DNA of 64,000 bases, from the NCBI GenBank assembly GCA_965112155.1, contig OZ218107.1, one strand, 5' to 3'. Each line of letters begins with the position of its first letter. The stretch's first letter is position 1. Of the stretch, positions 37,846 through 51,176 are shown piece after piece. Position numbers and translations under genes: made by a program. Below the pieces are notes generated by a model that was not told the DNA's origin, searched no databases, and saw only the letters and a program-made list of their open reading frames with translations. Source of the stretch: Podarcis liolepis. Taxonomy: Eukaryota.

Positions 37846-39215
37846 TATTTTTGGCGTAGGGGCTGGGCCCCTCCAGGCCTCAAAAGCATGGAGTTGAAGA
37901 GTGGAGCTGAGTGCGGCATGCCTCCAGCATCTGGCTCCTCCTCCTATGGCGGGGAAGGAGGGTCAAAACAGCCTCCCACCAAGAAGAGGTGGAAGAGTAG
38001 GAGCCGCCGGCCATCGAGCCGTATAGCTACCACATTTGGGTCCGCCCCTGGCTCCTCCAGACTTCCTGAGGTCATGTTGTGATGTCACACGTGTGATGTT
38101 GCCCCTCCCCAACAACAGTTGCCTTCACAAGCTGTCACCTCTGTTGGGTTCCATCCAGCTAGATAATTGCATGCGGAGAACAACGTCTGCAACTGCAATG
38201 GGACTTCCCATTCCCCTCCTCCCCTAAATCTGCCCTAGGGTTTCCTCTAACCCAACAGAGAACATCTGTAGGTGCTGCAGGCAGCACACAAGGGGAGGAG
38301 AGGCAGTTGTGTTGCACTTGTCAAAGTCATTCCATGCACACAATGATTTATTACTACTACTACTGTTTATTAGATTTATATACCGCCCCTTTATCAAAAG
38401 ATCTCGGGACAGTTCACAGGATAAACCTGATTTAGCTGGCTACATCCCATTGTGACTATTAACCTCTATTCTCTGTCGATTGTAACCCTTCTCAAACAGC
38501 TCCAAAGACAGCTCTTTGTGTGCTGATGAGGTCATGTTTCCGTTTCTGGAAAATGTAGCCACTGATGCTGGCTGACATACACAAAAACAAGACTTTTAGC
38601 ACTGCCCTATGTGTTCAGAGCAACAAGCATCACTTTGGGGTTTTTAGTTGCTGTAACACCCCATCAACGAAGTGAGAATGAGGACTAAATTGCTGACAAG
38701 AGATCTCACCCAAAGTCAGATTGCCGGTTTTCTTAATGCGGGCTTCAAGACGCTCACATTAGAACCAGGTGATGCAGCTGAAACTCAGGCACTGAGTCTG
38801 CACTGAGGGCCATGTGGAAAATATATATGAGAACTGAACGGAGAGAACAAAATTGCACATCCATAGAAGCCTATACAAATTTTACCCACTATGACGCTGT
38901 CTCCCTTCAAATTTGACAAGTCTTGATTCAAGACCTTGCAGATACTCCTGGTATAGGTGGCAGTGGCTGCTTACACAGGCAACAGTTACGTGGTAGGCCC
39001 CAATCCCGCGGCAGCAATGCTGGGCAGGATGGCTGGCAGTTGGGGATTCCCCTGTCTGCTTTGGTTGCCAGACTTTCGTGTCTATCCGGTTTTGAATTTC
39101 AGACAATTCGGCCAAGCCGGGTGGGCGTATCCTGACTGTCCCCTGATGATAAAAGCTGGTTGTGCCTGACTCTTGTCATACCTCAGCCCTCCAGCAGAAA
39201 GCTGAGAGGGATATG

Positions 39216-39521
39216 CCATATTTTTCGCCCTATAGGACGCACTTTTTCCCCTCCAAAAATGAAGGGGAAATGTGCCTGCGTCTTATGGGCCGAATGCAGG
39301 CTTTCGCTGAAGCCTGGAGAGCGAGGGGGGTCAGTGCGCACCGACCCCTCTTGCTCTCCAGGCTTCAGGAAGCTATCCGCAAGCCCTCTCTATGGCTTGC
39401 GGATAGCAGCCTGTTCTGGGGTCGGGGGAAGCTCGGGCTTCCCCCGCACCTGGGGGGGAAGTAAATTTTTTTTTTATTTCCCCCCCAAAAAACTAGGTGC
39501 GCCCTATGGGGTGAAAAATAC

Positions 39522-39523
<2 letters not shown>
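39216..39523 (+). mobile_element. TcMar (Tc2-like CCGTATT termini) MITE family B
   Basis: CCATATTTTTCGCCCTATAGG...CCTATGGGGTGAAAAATAC; homologous to 46358-46730. Confidence 0.8.
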
Positions 39524-39583
<60 letters not shown>

Positions 39584-39592
39584 TATACACAC
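39524..39592. repeat. (GT)n(AC)n self-complementary microsatellite
   Basis: Directly visible. Confidence 0.95.
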
Positions 39593-39950
39593 CCAGTGCC
39601 TAAACCAAATCCCACCTACATCTGGAAAAAGATTAAGTTGTGGCCCATTTTTAAATCACAGAGTGATGTCTTGTCCAGTTTGTTCACCTTTCTTAGGTTA
39701 CGCCTCATTCCAGGCCATGGTGGTCCTTGCAGCATCTCTCAACACCGCAGAGACCAGCACAGCCTAGCGGAAATCTGGACTGCCCTTTCCAACATCTCCT
39801 GACACCATGCACGCCAGCCTTCTGCTAGATTGTGCTGGCCCGGCCTGCATGGCATTGGAATACGTGTGTGACGTCATGCAATGCCCGATGGCTCTCCCAT
39901 TCTCGGGGGCAACCCAGTACCTATGCTGTCTTAAAGGAAAACTTTCCCTA

Positions 39951-40273
39951 TGAAATATACTTGGAGTTGAGAGTGGATTTCATGCTCTTTATTCAGCTCA
40001 TAGCGGTGAGGAGGAATGGAAGTTCCTCCAGAATGTCTGCTTTATATACATTATTTACACAATGGGCCCCACGTGATGGGCTAATTCCGGGATTCTCCTT
40101 TAGGCCAATCAGGTTGTGGATTCACTTCTAGCCGGAGCTGGATTGGGTGGCTCCTGTGGACCAATCAGACTGCTACATTCTGGGTCCTATTCTAGGACCA
40201 ATCAGACTGCTGCATTCTGAATCCTATTGTTCTAGGACCAATCAGACTGCTGCATTCAACTCAGTACATAACA
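39951..40273 (-). mobile_element. Solo LTR family L-C, 323 bp
   Basis: TG...CA ends, perfect 5-bp TSD cccta; on the minus strand: repeated CCAAT modules, TATATAAA, AATAAA. Confidence 0.88.
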
Positions 40274-42401
40274 CCCTAGAAGCCCCAAAACCCTGAAGCC
40301 AGCATTATTCCTCACCCCTCCCATACCTCTGCATGTAGGTGAAGTATTGTGGTAGACCTGAATCTACTACTCTTGAGAAATGGCTCATGTTCGTTGTGTG
40401 GTGGTCTCATTGCACCATATATTTCCCCAGTTTTCTTGCAAATGTAAAGATACACTTTCAAATTCCCTTATACTTCATCATATTTTGCACATCCCTCTTT
40501 TTTTAAAAAAATCCAGCTTTTATAATATCAGCATACTTGGGAATGCATGAAAACCAATTTCCTACCAAGTAACTCAGAAAGATCTTAAAAGCTGATACCG
40601 TTTCCAAGTACAAAGATACCATTTGGGTAAATTATCAATGTTTAACACTTAGGAGACACACAAAAATGACTTGTTTGTATTGAGTTAACATAATCTGCCA
40701 TATTAATTGTTTTCTCCTTTTTTGTCAAAATGCTGCTAATTGTGATCCACTTATCGCCTTTGTTCAAAGCAAAGAATTTTAATTACCTTTGGAAAATGTA
40801 ATTAATAATAATTACATTATTACAACTGCACAACATTAATTGCAATTACATTACAATAAAGGAATCGAGCTCCATTTGGAAAATGTACAAGTCACTCTAA
40901 CGAGCTTAAGGCATGACTGAAAATGGTATTTCGCATCGGAATAAAAAGCTCACATTCCTTGCAATTCTATCACTGATATTTTTTCACAAAATGACAAATG
41001 GCCTCTTGTGTTGCAAACTAGGGAGAGTTGGGTTAGGTCTCTGCTTCTATGTGCAAAATGGCTTCTTATTAGACTCCATGCATTGTGTCTCTGTGCAATG
41101 AGAGGGGGAAATTGTGCATTTTCTCTGACCACTGGTTGTAGCGTGTTATTTTTTTTTTTTTACCCCACCATTAACCCAAATAACTTATCAGGGTTGGGGT
41201 GGCTAATCTATGACCCTCCAGATATTGTTGGACTCCATCAGCCCCAGCTAGCACAGCCATCAGTAGCAGACAGCATTGTGGAGTGTAGGCACTTACCTGA
41301 CTTCCTGGCAGGTGAGTCTCTGCTGCTTATGGGGAGGGGCAAAGTGATGGGCAGGCTGGTGCGGTGCAAACACTGCATCAAAGCCAATCCATCACTTCTG
41401 CCAGTGTATTCACACCCCACGCTGTGTGCAAACCTTTGAGTGCTCCAGTCCTCTTCATCAGATAGTGTATTCAGAGCTACGTTGAATAACTGTGGTGCCG
41501 AGGCAAAAGCATGTTTCTCATCAGTATTTAAATATATATATATTTGATTCTGTATGCTTCTCATCCATACAAAAATATGATGTTGATTTAGTTTTGATTT
41601 TTTTTGAAGGGTGAAATGAACACATTTCAATTTTAATGAAAATGATAAAACTTACTTTCCAGTTGCCTCTTGACTGTCTGTTTTTAAGGGAGGAATTCAA
41701 GTGCACACAGGAAATGTAGGTATGTTCAATTAAAGTGGATTTTTAAAAAAATGGACTTTTTGCTGTTAGGAAAGTGACAAGGAAAGTGACAAGGAGTGTG
41801 GGATAAATGAACAATTAATGGGAAGATACCTATATAACCACCATGCAAGCAATTCAGGGTGAATGTTCACTGTCATATAACCTATGCACAAATGATTCAG
41901 AATGAATGCTCAGTGAAGACCAGCTATAGTCTAACCTTCTGTAAGCTTTGTGGAAGCAAATTAGGATGAATGCTCATTAAATGGGTAGCCCTGTCACAGA
42001 AGAATCAAAACCGTGTTGCAAGTGAGAGAAGAATCCAAATGCGAGACAACAAGATCCTGATACTTGTATTCATGTGGGTTAAAACTGTGTCCAGAAACAA
42101 ATACTGAATCTTCTTTACACACCTATGTACTTATTGGTTGGCAGGGAAAAAATTAGACAATGTAATAGATGCAAGCTAATTGAAATGATTATGAATGGTA
42201 TGTTCTTTCAGTATCACTAGATTTTGCAACTAATTTAAAATTCAACGGAATAATATGAAGTCTTTTAGTACTTAATTAAACTTTTGTAATGCCTGTTTTA
42301 CCAAGATGAATAAAATGCATAAATTGCATGAGGTGACATCTAATGCACACAAAAAAGAGAAATGTAAAAAAAAGGGGGGGGGAATGGAACAGTGGGTACA
42401 T

Positions 42402-42760
42402 NNNNNNNNNNNNNNNNNNNNNNNNNNNNNNNNNNNNNNNNNNNNNNNNNNNNNNNNNNNNNNNNNNNNNNNNNNNNNNNNNNNNNNNNNNNNNNNNNNN
42501 NNNNNNNNNNNNNNNNNNNNNNNNNNNNNNNNNNNNNNNNNNNNNNNNNNNNNNNNNNNNNNNNNNNNNNNNNNNNNNNNNNNNNNNNNNNNNNNNNNNN
42601 NNNNNNNNNNNNNNNNNNNNNNNNNNNNNNNNNNNNNNNNNNNNNNNNNNNNNNNNNNNNNNNNNNNNNNNNNNNNNNNNNNNNNNNNNNNNNNNNNNNN
42701 NNNNNNNNNNNNNNNNNNNNNNNNNNNNNNNNNNNNNNNNNNNNNNNNNNNNNNNNNNNN
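42402..42760. other. N-run (359 bp)
   Basis: Directly visible. Confidence 0.99.
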
Positions 42761-43525
42761 ATTAAAATGCTTCAGGTTTTTTTTTTTTTTTTTTTGGCTG
42801 ATACAAAATAAAGTGATATGCTCAAAGAAGTATAGTATGAATCTATGCTTAATACATGACAGAGCTGACAGTTTAATGATAACAAATCATAGGCTGCCTT
42901 TTTGGGGAGCATTACACGTCAGTTTAACATTAACATCACCAGTAAACAAGACAATGTGGTGATTTTACCTTGTATTTAAATTACTACTTATTATGGCACT
43001 AAATAATAGCTTTAAATAACCTGTGTCCAGAGCAATGATATACTGTGTGTGGGTGATAAAGAGAAAGATGATTACTGAAAGCGACATGAAAAGTTTTCTT
43101 CCGTGCCGAAGAAAGGAGATATGCACGTTTCACTCTGCGGTGCAGCTGAAAGGCATTTCCAGACGATTCTCTGGGTCCAGAAAGAGATCCATATTCACAG
43201 CAGCCTTTTCCTGCACTGTAGCAGTTTTATTCTAATTATAACCTGTTTCCGCATGCATCATGCTCCTGAGCTTCTGAGCCACATTCAGCTGACTGGATTT
43301 ATCTTTCCAGAACTTATGAAAGGAGCTGCACACCTAAGTGTCATGGTGTGTGCAGTTTGGAATACTGTACAACTCCAAACATCCATGACCGTAAACATAT
43401 TGGCATTGGGAGTTGACCGACATTTAGACGGCCATAGACTCCCCACCACTGTCGAAATGTCTGTGAACTCCAAATCCCATCATTGCCAGCCAACATGGCC
43501 ACGGTCTGGGATGTTGGGAGTTGTA

Positions 43526-43767
43526 CAGTCAAACCTCGATTCCTAAATGCCTCTGTTATTGTACATTTTTGGCTCCCAAATGCCGAAAACCCAGATGTGA
43601 ATGCCCTGCTTTTCAAACATTTTTCGGAAGCCAAATGTCTGACATGGCTTCTGCTTGAGTGCAAGAAGCTCTTGCAACCAATCGGAAGCTGCGCCTCGGT
43701 TGTCGAACGTTTTGGAAGTCGAACGGTCTTCCGGAACGGATTACATTTGACAACTGAGGTTTGACAA
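43526..43767. mobile_element. Tigger-like TcMar MITE inserted in a hAT-like MITE relic
   Basis: TA|CAGTCAAACCTC...GAGGTTTGAC. Confidence 0.7.
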
Positions 43768-44315
43768 CAATATTGCGAGGGTCTCAGGCCTGCCATTCTT
43801 GGAATATGGTCATGTGAATGTCACAGGCAGCCAATGGCACGTGTGGTAGCTGTGCCTGCACAATTTTTTTGACACTTTAAAATACTTAAGGTTTTGCATT
43901 TATTCTCTGAAGCCGAGCCGTCCCCTGCTATGCCAGATCATCAGGATGCTTCCTTCCACATGAAATAGTTTAGTCCGTTTTTTAAAAGGTAGCAAACATT
44001 TGTCAATGCTATTCTGTGCTCTGCTTCTCCACTATAGGGAAGTTTTAAATGTTTGATGCTTTACTGCGTTTGATGTTTTAGTTTGTTGGAAGCTGCCCAG
44101 AGCGGCTGGGGCAAGCGCCATTTTGTGGTGCCAAAATGTACTGGGGCAGCCCTGTCCTGTGGACAGGACTATCTGTAATGTTATCTTCAGTACAGGACAG
44201 AGAGAACCTTCATCTCCAGAAGGCGTATAGCTGGCTATACCTGGCTGACAGGAGATCCAAATGAAAACATAATTAAATACCAATAAATAAGTACTCAATA
44301 AGTAAAACATACTTG

Positions 44316-44689
44316 CAGACCCTCCAAGTATCCTTACTTTCCAGGGACAATCCCAGATTTACAGAAGCTGTCCCACTTTCTGATTTGATCCTGCTTTTCC
44401 TTAGGGCGTCCCTATTTTCATCAAATAAATGTTGGAAGATATCGAATTACGCGATCCCAGAGCCGAGGAGATAAGTAAGTATACAACCTTTAGAAGACAT
44501 CTGAAGGCAGCCCTATATAAGGAAGTTTTTTAAAAAATGTTTAATGTTTTATTATGCTGTTATATATGTTCGAAGTTGCCCAGAGTGTCTGGGGCAACCC
44601 AGTCAGATGGGCGGGGTATAAATAATAAAATTATTATTATCATGGAACAGGTCCCCCCTGTTTTCATCGGATAAATGTTGGAGGGTATG
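44316..44689 (+). mobile_element. Composite MITE family C carrying an L2 3' end between duplicated right ends
   Basis: CAGACCCTCC...ttttcatc..ataaatgttggaagatat (about 44443), L2 tail about 44465-44640, second ttttcatcggataaatgttggagggtatg. Confidence 0.7.
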
Positions 44690-45178
44690 TACCTATGTGA
44701 TTGTTAGTACCTTTCATGAGTGGAAGGAGAGAAAACCTCTTTTGGTTAAGGTAGACTGTGCCCTAAATTATTTAATAATGCCGTATACTGGTTCTGCCGG
44801 CATAAAGCTAACGTATTTGAACCAGTCATTTCTTTAATATTTTGGGAGTGACTTTAGGTAGCCATAACTGTTGTGGGGAAGGGACACCCAGAGTGCCGAA
44901 GCAACCATCATCATAATCAGTGTAAAGTTGAGAAATATGTAGATCTATTTAAAGCAGGGCTGACAGTTGTTGAGCATTGTGATGTATCATCTTGACATGA
45001 ACTGAATGAGGTAGATTAGTGACTGACACTAGCAGTGTCAGAATTTACATTGCTGCACATACAAACTCTATGTAAATCTACTATTAGCCGCACTCCCAGT
45101 AAGCAGTGATGAGTAATGAGGTAAAAATTGACAATGTCAATAGTCATAAGCCCTCACAGGCAGGATAATGAACTGTAC

Positions 45179-45204
45179 TGTGTGTGTGTGTGTGTGTGTG
45201 TGTG
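45179..45204. repeat. (GT)n microsatellite
   Basis: Directly visible. Confidence 0.9.
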
Positions 45205-46357
45205 GACATGTTCACACAAGCGCACACATTTGTGTGTGGTTTATGAAACTTTAATTGCAGCATCTTTCATAATTGTTCCATTACACACAGCAACAAATAT
45301 GTGAACTGAAAGGCAATGCCGTTTTAGTTAAAGTAAGCAGGGCTTGTAATTTATAAATGGGCACATAGACACACACACAGATACACCAAATCCAAATTTC
45401 ATTCCATAGAAATCTACATGATTTACTCAAGGATGGATTTTATAAATTAAGTACATTGGTCTGTGCTTCCTTTGCTTCCATGATTCTGTCTGTCTGTTCC
45501 CCCCCCCCCCCCAAACAATGCCCTGCTTCCTGTTCCAGTAGTGGTCATTCAAATGCTTTCCCCTGCCTCAAATCTATAATGCAGCTTCCTAAATTCAGCG
45601 TACTCTACCTCACAGGGCTGTTGCGCAGATATAGAAGGAAGTATAAAATGTCTGCAGAAGAAGACTTCCTGCTTGTATCAGTGGCATCAAATGTTGGTTT
45701 CTTTAACTAGAGCGATGCATCTTTGCACTATGAATGGCTGTGCTTTTCCTTCTGCCCCTGCCTCCTTTCAAAGTACAGCTGCAAAGCTTCAACCAAATCT
45801 TAATCTTGTCTGGTTATTGCATGTTTTAGATACATAAATTCCATTTGCTTTCAACCAAACTTATTCCCAGATTAGTGTGCACAGCAGATTGATTCCTAAA
45901 AGGTGTCGTATTGTGCCTGTAGCCACTGGGCATCAGAGACTGTGGACAGCGGAGTGACCTGCTTCCATTTTGAAAATGGTTTTTCTTTTGTTTACTTTTT
46001 ACCAGAGCTATTTTTCTAGAAAGAGAGGTGCTGGAACTCACTACGAATGCCTCCTTTGTTCTCTTATAATGCAATGGAGCCAACCTGAGAGGTGCCGGGA
46101 CTGATTTCCAGTGAGTTCTGACTGGGAAAAAAAGCCTACCTTTTTACTATTGAACTTTTCCAGGTGAAACAGTATGGAAAAGCAGTCTATTTCCCCTAAT
46201 TCGTCAGGGAAAAACCCCTGCTCTTTAACTTCTCAGAGTTATGCCCCAGCAGCAAAACCACTGAGATAACTGGTAGGAATTTTAAATGTTATAGGATGAT
46301 TTTTATTTATTTAATAATTTAATTGAGTTAAAATTATTGTTTGGTTTTATACACCTA

Positions 46358-46730
46358 CCGTATTTTTCGCCCTTTAGGACGCACTTTTTCCCCTCCAAAA
46401 ATGAAGGGGAAATGTGTGTGCGTCCTATGGGGCGAATGCAGGCTTTCGCTGAAGCCTGGAGAGCGAGAGGGGTCGGTGCACGCACCTTCGCCAGCGCTCT
46501 CTGAGCCTTTCTGGGGGCTGGGTGTTGGGGAAGGTCGGGCTTCCCCCAGCCCCGCAAGCTCCGGGAGCCACTCTGGCTCCCATTCTGGGAGCTGGGGTCG
46601 GGGGAAGCTCGGGCTTCCCCCGCCCCAGCCCCGCGCCTGGGGGAAAAAATAATTCCCCCCCCTTTATTTCCCCCCCAAAAATCTAGGTGCGTCCTATGGG
46701 CCAGTGCGTCCTATAGGGCGGAAAATATGG
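46358..46730 (+). mobile_element. TcMar (Tc2-like) MITE family B
   Basis: TA|CCGTATTTTTCGCCC...GGGCGGAAAATATGG|TA. Confidence 0.88.
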
Positions 46731-47084
46731 TACTTTATAAAGTAACTTTAAACATAGTGGGGCTGCCCATATTTAAGCCCTTCTACCCCTTACAAGAAAG
46801 CTAAGGCCACAATCTTGCACCGACTTACCTGGAAGTAAGCCCCCTAAAACACAAATCAGCTTGCTTCTGAGGCAGCATGCATACTGTTATAATGTAAGCT
46901 GACCTTTCTCTGAATTCTTAAAGCGTACCCAAACTTCAGCTCCTCTACATCAAGAGAAAAGACTAAGCCTCTTTGCAAAGTTTTCACATTTTGTATTTGA
47001 CATATTTGGGGAAGAGGGGATTCTTTGACATGCACCCACACTTCTTGGGTAGCAGCATTTTCAGAAAGTAACTCCAAGGGAGTA

Positions 47085-47326
47085 CAGTGGTACCTCGGGT
47101 TAAGAACTTAATTCGTTCCGGAGGTCAGTTCTTAACCTGTAACTGTTCTTAACCTGAGGTACCACTTTAGCTAATGGCGCCTCCTGCTGCCGCTGTGTCG
47201 CCAGAGCACGATTTCTGTTCTCATCCTGGGGCAAAGTTCTTAACCCGAGGTACTATTTCTGAGTTAGCGGAGTCTGTAACCTGAAGCGTATGTAACCTGA
47301 AGTGTATGTAACCCAAGGTACCACTA
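47085..47326 (+). mobile_element. TcMar MITE family A
   Basis: TA|CAGTGGTACCTCGGG...GGTACCACTA|TA. Confidence 0.9.
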
Positions 47327-47616
47327 TAATAATAATAATACACACCAGAGGTAGAAGCAGCCAAGGACCCCTGGACGGTTAAGTCCAATCAAAGGCGACT
47401 GTGGGGTTGCGGCACTCATCTTGCTTTCAGGCCGAGGGAGCCGCCGTTTGTCCACAGACAGCTTTCCGGGTCATGTGGCCAGCAGGACTAAACTGCTTCT
47501 GGTGTAACAGAACACTGTGACGGAAACCAGAGCACATGGAAACGCCATTTACCTTCCCACCACAGTGGTACCTATTTATCTACAAACTGCTAGGTTGGCA
47601 GGAGCTGGGACAGAGC
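47327..47616 (-). mobile_element. Sauria SINE (head missing) with alternative (ATT)n tail
   Basis: (aat)n-acacaccagaggtagaagcagccaaggacc followed by reverse-complemented Sauria body. Confidence 0.88.
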
Positions 47617-47690
47617 GTAGTCTGTAACTTGAAGCATCTGTAACTTGAAGCGTCTGTAGCCTGAAGCATCTGTAACCCGAGGTACCACTG
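47614..47690 (+). mobile_element. Right-end fragment of MITE family A
   Basis: Repeated tctgtaac.tgaagc units then CCCGAGGTACCACTG. Confidence 0.8.
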
Positions 47691-48107
47691 ATGAACCTGC
47701 CACAGGAAATAAGTATCTTGGTTGCTTGGGTTGGGGTGGGGAGAATAGGGCAGGAAATGAGTCAGAAGCAGGGAAGATGCACTTGAGGGGAGGCGAAAAC
47801 ATCAGTTCTTTAGGACCCTGGGGGTTTCTGTGGTATGGTGTCAAAAGACCTCCCTTGTCAATTATGGCTCTGCCTTCCCTCACTGGTTAAAAACCTGGAA
47901 AGGCAGGAGCATCCAGGCTGGTTCATATTGCAGAAATGTGCCTGCACATTTTGTTCATAATTTTCATTCTTATTTTTAAATAAGAAGATAGATCTCACGA
48001 GTCTGATCCACTTTGCAGGCATGCACCATAGTTCAATTGCTCAATCCAATCTGGTCATGGTCAGACCATTGTTCTGTTCTTGTGCCTGCTATTAGTTTAC
48101 TTAATAC

Positions 48108-48485
48108 GGGTAGGGGTGGCGCTGTGGTCTAAACCACTGAGCCTCTTGGGCTTGCCAATCAGAAGGTTCGCAGTTCAAATCCCTGCGATGCGGTGAGCTC
48201 CCCTTGCTCTGTCGCAGCTCTTCCCAACCTAGCAGTTCAAAAGCACACCAGTACAAGTAGATAAATAGGTACCGCTGTAGCGGGAAGGTAAATGGCGTTT
48301 CCATGCGCTCTGGTTTCCGTTGCACCAGAAGAGGTGTAGTCATGCTTGCCACATGACCTGGAAAACTGTCTGCAGACAAACACCGGCTCCCTTGGCCTGA
48401 AAGCGAGATGAGCACCGCAACCCCATAGTCGCCTTTGACTGGACTTAACCATTCAGGGGTCCTTTACCTTTTTTTTTTACCTACC
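48108..48485 (+). mobile_element. Sauria SINE
   Basis: Canonical head, body and ACCTTT tail; imperfect TSD tttactt(a/g)ata. Confidence 0.92.
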
Positions 48486-49344
48486 TTTACTTGATATTTC
48501 CCCTCCTTTCTTTCCTTTATAAACCAAAGTTTCCTAATGTAGCAATTTTTTTTTTTTTAAAATTAAACTGCAAAATGCTTTCCTTTAACCTGCCAGTGAT
48601 ATAATGTGCCACCTTGGATCAATTATCTATATGCTAAATAAAGTTTAATTTTAATTCAATTCTCTTAAATACATGCAGCACTAGAGTGCACCACAATAGG
48701 TGGATTATCTCATTAGTACTAATCTAAATGTTCTCTAGTCTTTGCACATTTTTATGTGTGTGTAGCATATATTTTGCAATTGTTCTTAAATTGTTTAACA
48801 AAAGAGAGAGGAAGAGATAGAAGCCATACCCAAAACTAGGCTTGGGTCCTTAAATGCGATTAGTTAAGCTCACCAAAATAGTGATTCAGGAAAATCTACT
48901 CCAGCAAACACAGGTTTTGTTTGTTTTTTAAAGACCCCTTTTTGAAATATTTCCCACTGGTTTTTATGTACTGATCTCTGTTATGATGCTTTTGAGAAGC
49001 CATTGACAGGGAATGACTCCTTGTCAGATCATTGCTTCAATCCCGCAAGAGAGTGCCATACACTTAACAGCCTTCCTTCCATGCACGTTACTTAAGTCGA
49101 GATGCTCCTATGCTTGCTTTTTCATTGCGGTGCTCAGCTGAGCCCTGTTGAAGTGATTGGATGTTCCTTATGCAAATGCCGATGTGCTACCAGTTGTTAC
49201 AGCTGCTGAATTCAAGTCTCGTGTCCAAATCAGATGGCTGCCTCCACCATCTCAGCCGCGGATAAGCGTTCCCTCAGTACATAATAGCATGTCTTGCGTC
49301 CTTCCCAAGTGCCTTCTTCGGTTCTTTGAAGTGGAGATGTTAGG

Positions 49345-49490
49345 ATGAGACCATAGCTCTGCAGTAGAGCACATGGTCTGCATGCAGAGTGTCCCAGCTT
49401 CCATCCTGAGGAGTTGCTGCCAGTCTGAGCTGCCAGTACTGGGAGAGATGGACAGAAAAGCTGAGCTGGTATAAGGTAGCTTCCTATGTT
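49345..49490 (+). mobile_element. Old tRNA-derived SINE relic (related relics at about 26578-26710 (+) and 63015-63326 (-))
   Basis: catagctc..gtagagcacatg..tgcatgcaga..gtccca head and ataagg.agcttcctatgtt tail. Confidence 0.55.
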
Positions 49491-50828
49491 ATGAGTGAAC
49501 TTTGTGCTTCATTGCACAGAGAAATCCCATTCGACAGGGCTGCACTAATGGTAGGGCCGTTCTGCGCACACATCCCTTAATGCGCAGGTGAATGGGGACC
49601 TCTTTGCTGTACACCTGGAAGACACCTCTGGATCAGGGCAAATATGCCAAGTTGTCCCTTTTTATCCCCCTAACTTTATCAAGTCGCTGATTCTCTACAC
49701 ACGCTCCTGGTCTCTCCTGGGCTTGCCTGCAGCCATGTCTGCTCAGGCCAGGTTTTGATCGCTTTAACTGGATACCTTTCCTTTCGGCTTAATGACCACA
49801 AATGCTTAGTATGTCACAACAGATTTGTCCTGGCGTGCCAATCACTTTATCATACAGGAATATTTTATCAACAGATATGACATGCTCCGTGGGTCCATTC
49901 CCGCGCCACATTTGCACAATGGCAAAGGAAGATAATGCGGCATGATGATAACATCAGACCCACATTTGCTGCCTAGGTGCAAGAAAGAGCTGAACTGTAT
50001 ACCAGCTGGGACTCTGGATATTACAGAGGGCTCAAGTAAATAAGAACAATGCATGCTTGAGTTTCCGTGTTGTGTATATCTAGCCACTAAACCAAATTTG
50101 TGTAACGACAATGCACTGCAACACTTAGAGTGATGTTGTCTCTCTCTCTATATATTTGATACTGGCCCAGTAGATGTAAGAAATACGCCGCAGGACAATG
50201 ATAGGTGCTCAAGTCCTGCGGAAATCAATGGTGCTTAAGTATGCATAACTGTGCCTAGGATTGCGGCCATAAATTGTGCAATTTATGCTGCAGTGCTAAA
50301 GTGGTCAATCGGAGCAGGAAGGGAACTGCTTCCTGATAGCTGATCATTGGCACAAATGAATGAGCGAGGTACTGTAAGAAAAAGCAGCTGAGCTATTGCT
50401 TCTTTGCAGCGCTGGGAAAGTGCGCATCTCAGCCACTTTCTCAGCCACTTTCAGAAATACAAGGGTTTTTCTTTTAAAAAAACACACCACCTCAGAGTTT
50501 GAATGTACAGACTGTGAACATGCGCAGCTAGACATGCCATGCCCTCCCGTCCTCATAATGCCAAGATGTGTGATGTGGTGTTGCTATGTTCTGTGTTTCA
50601 CTTAGCAATGCTTCAGTAACTCGGGATATTTGCCCCTCCAGAACCAGTGTGCTGATTGGAACTTAGGTATCCACTTGCATGAATTAAATTGTGCTTTTTG
50701 CACAGATGGGGAGCAGGAGGGGAAGCAGGTCAATGTGGAAATAGGATAGAATGGAGGTGCAGCCAAACATATGTGAAATAGACACAGATTGGAAATAGAC
50801 TGATTTGTCCAACCCTAAGAACATAAGA

Positions 50829-51176
50829 ACAAACCTATCCATTCTTAAGGAAATCAGCCCTGAGTGCTCACTGGAAGGACAGATCCTGAAGCTGAGGCTC
50901 CAATACTTTGGCCACCTTATGAGAAGAGAAGACTCCCTGGAAAAGACTCTGATGTTGGGGAAGATGGAGGGCACAAGGAGAAGGGGATGGCAGAGGACGA
51001 GATGGTTGGATAGTGTTCTTGAAGCTACCAACATGAGTTTGACCATACTGTGGGAGGCAGTGGAAGACAGGAGTGCCTGGTGTGCTCTGGTCCATGGGGT
51101 CACCGAAGAGTCGGACACGACTAAACTACTAAACAAGAAGAAGAAGAAGAAGAAGAAGAAGAAGAAGAAGAAGAAG
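50829..51176 (+). mobile_element. Bov-B LINE 3' fragment with (AAG)n tail, inserted in an old CR1-like tail
   Basis: ILKEISPECSLEGQILKLRLQYFGHLMRR peptide; 12-bp TSD aagaacataaga. Confidence 0.95.

Noticed and set aside
40158-40260. CRISPR-like repeat-spacer array
   Set aside because: Only three units with related short spacers, inside a eukaryotic LTR; no cas genes
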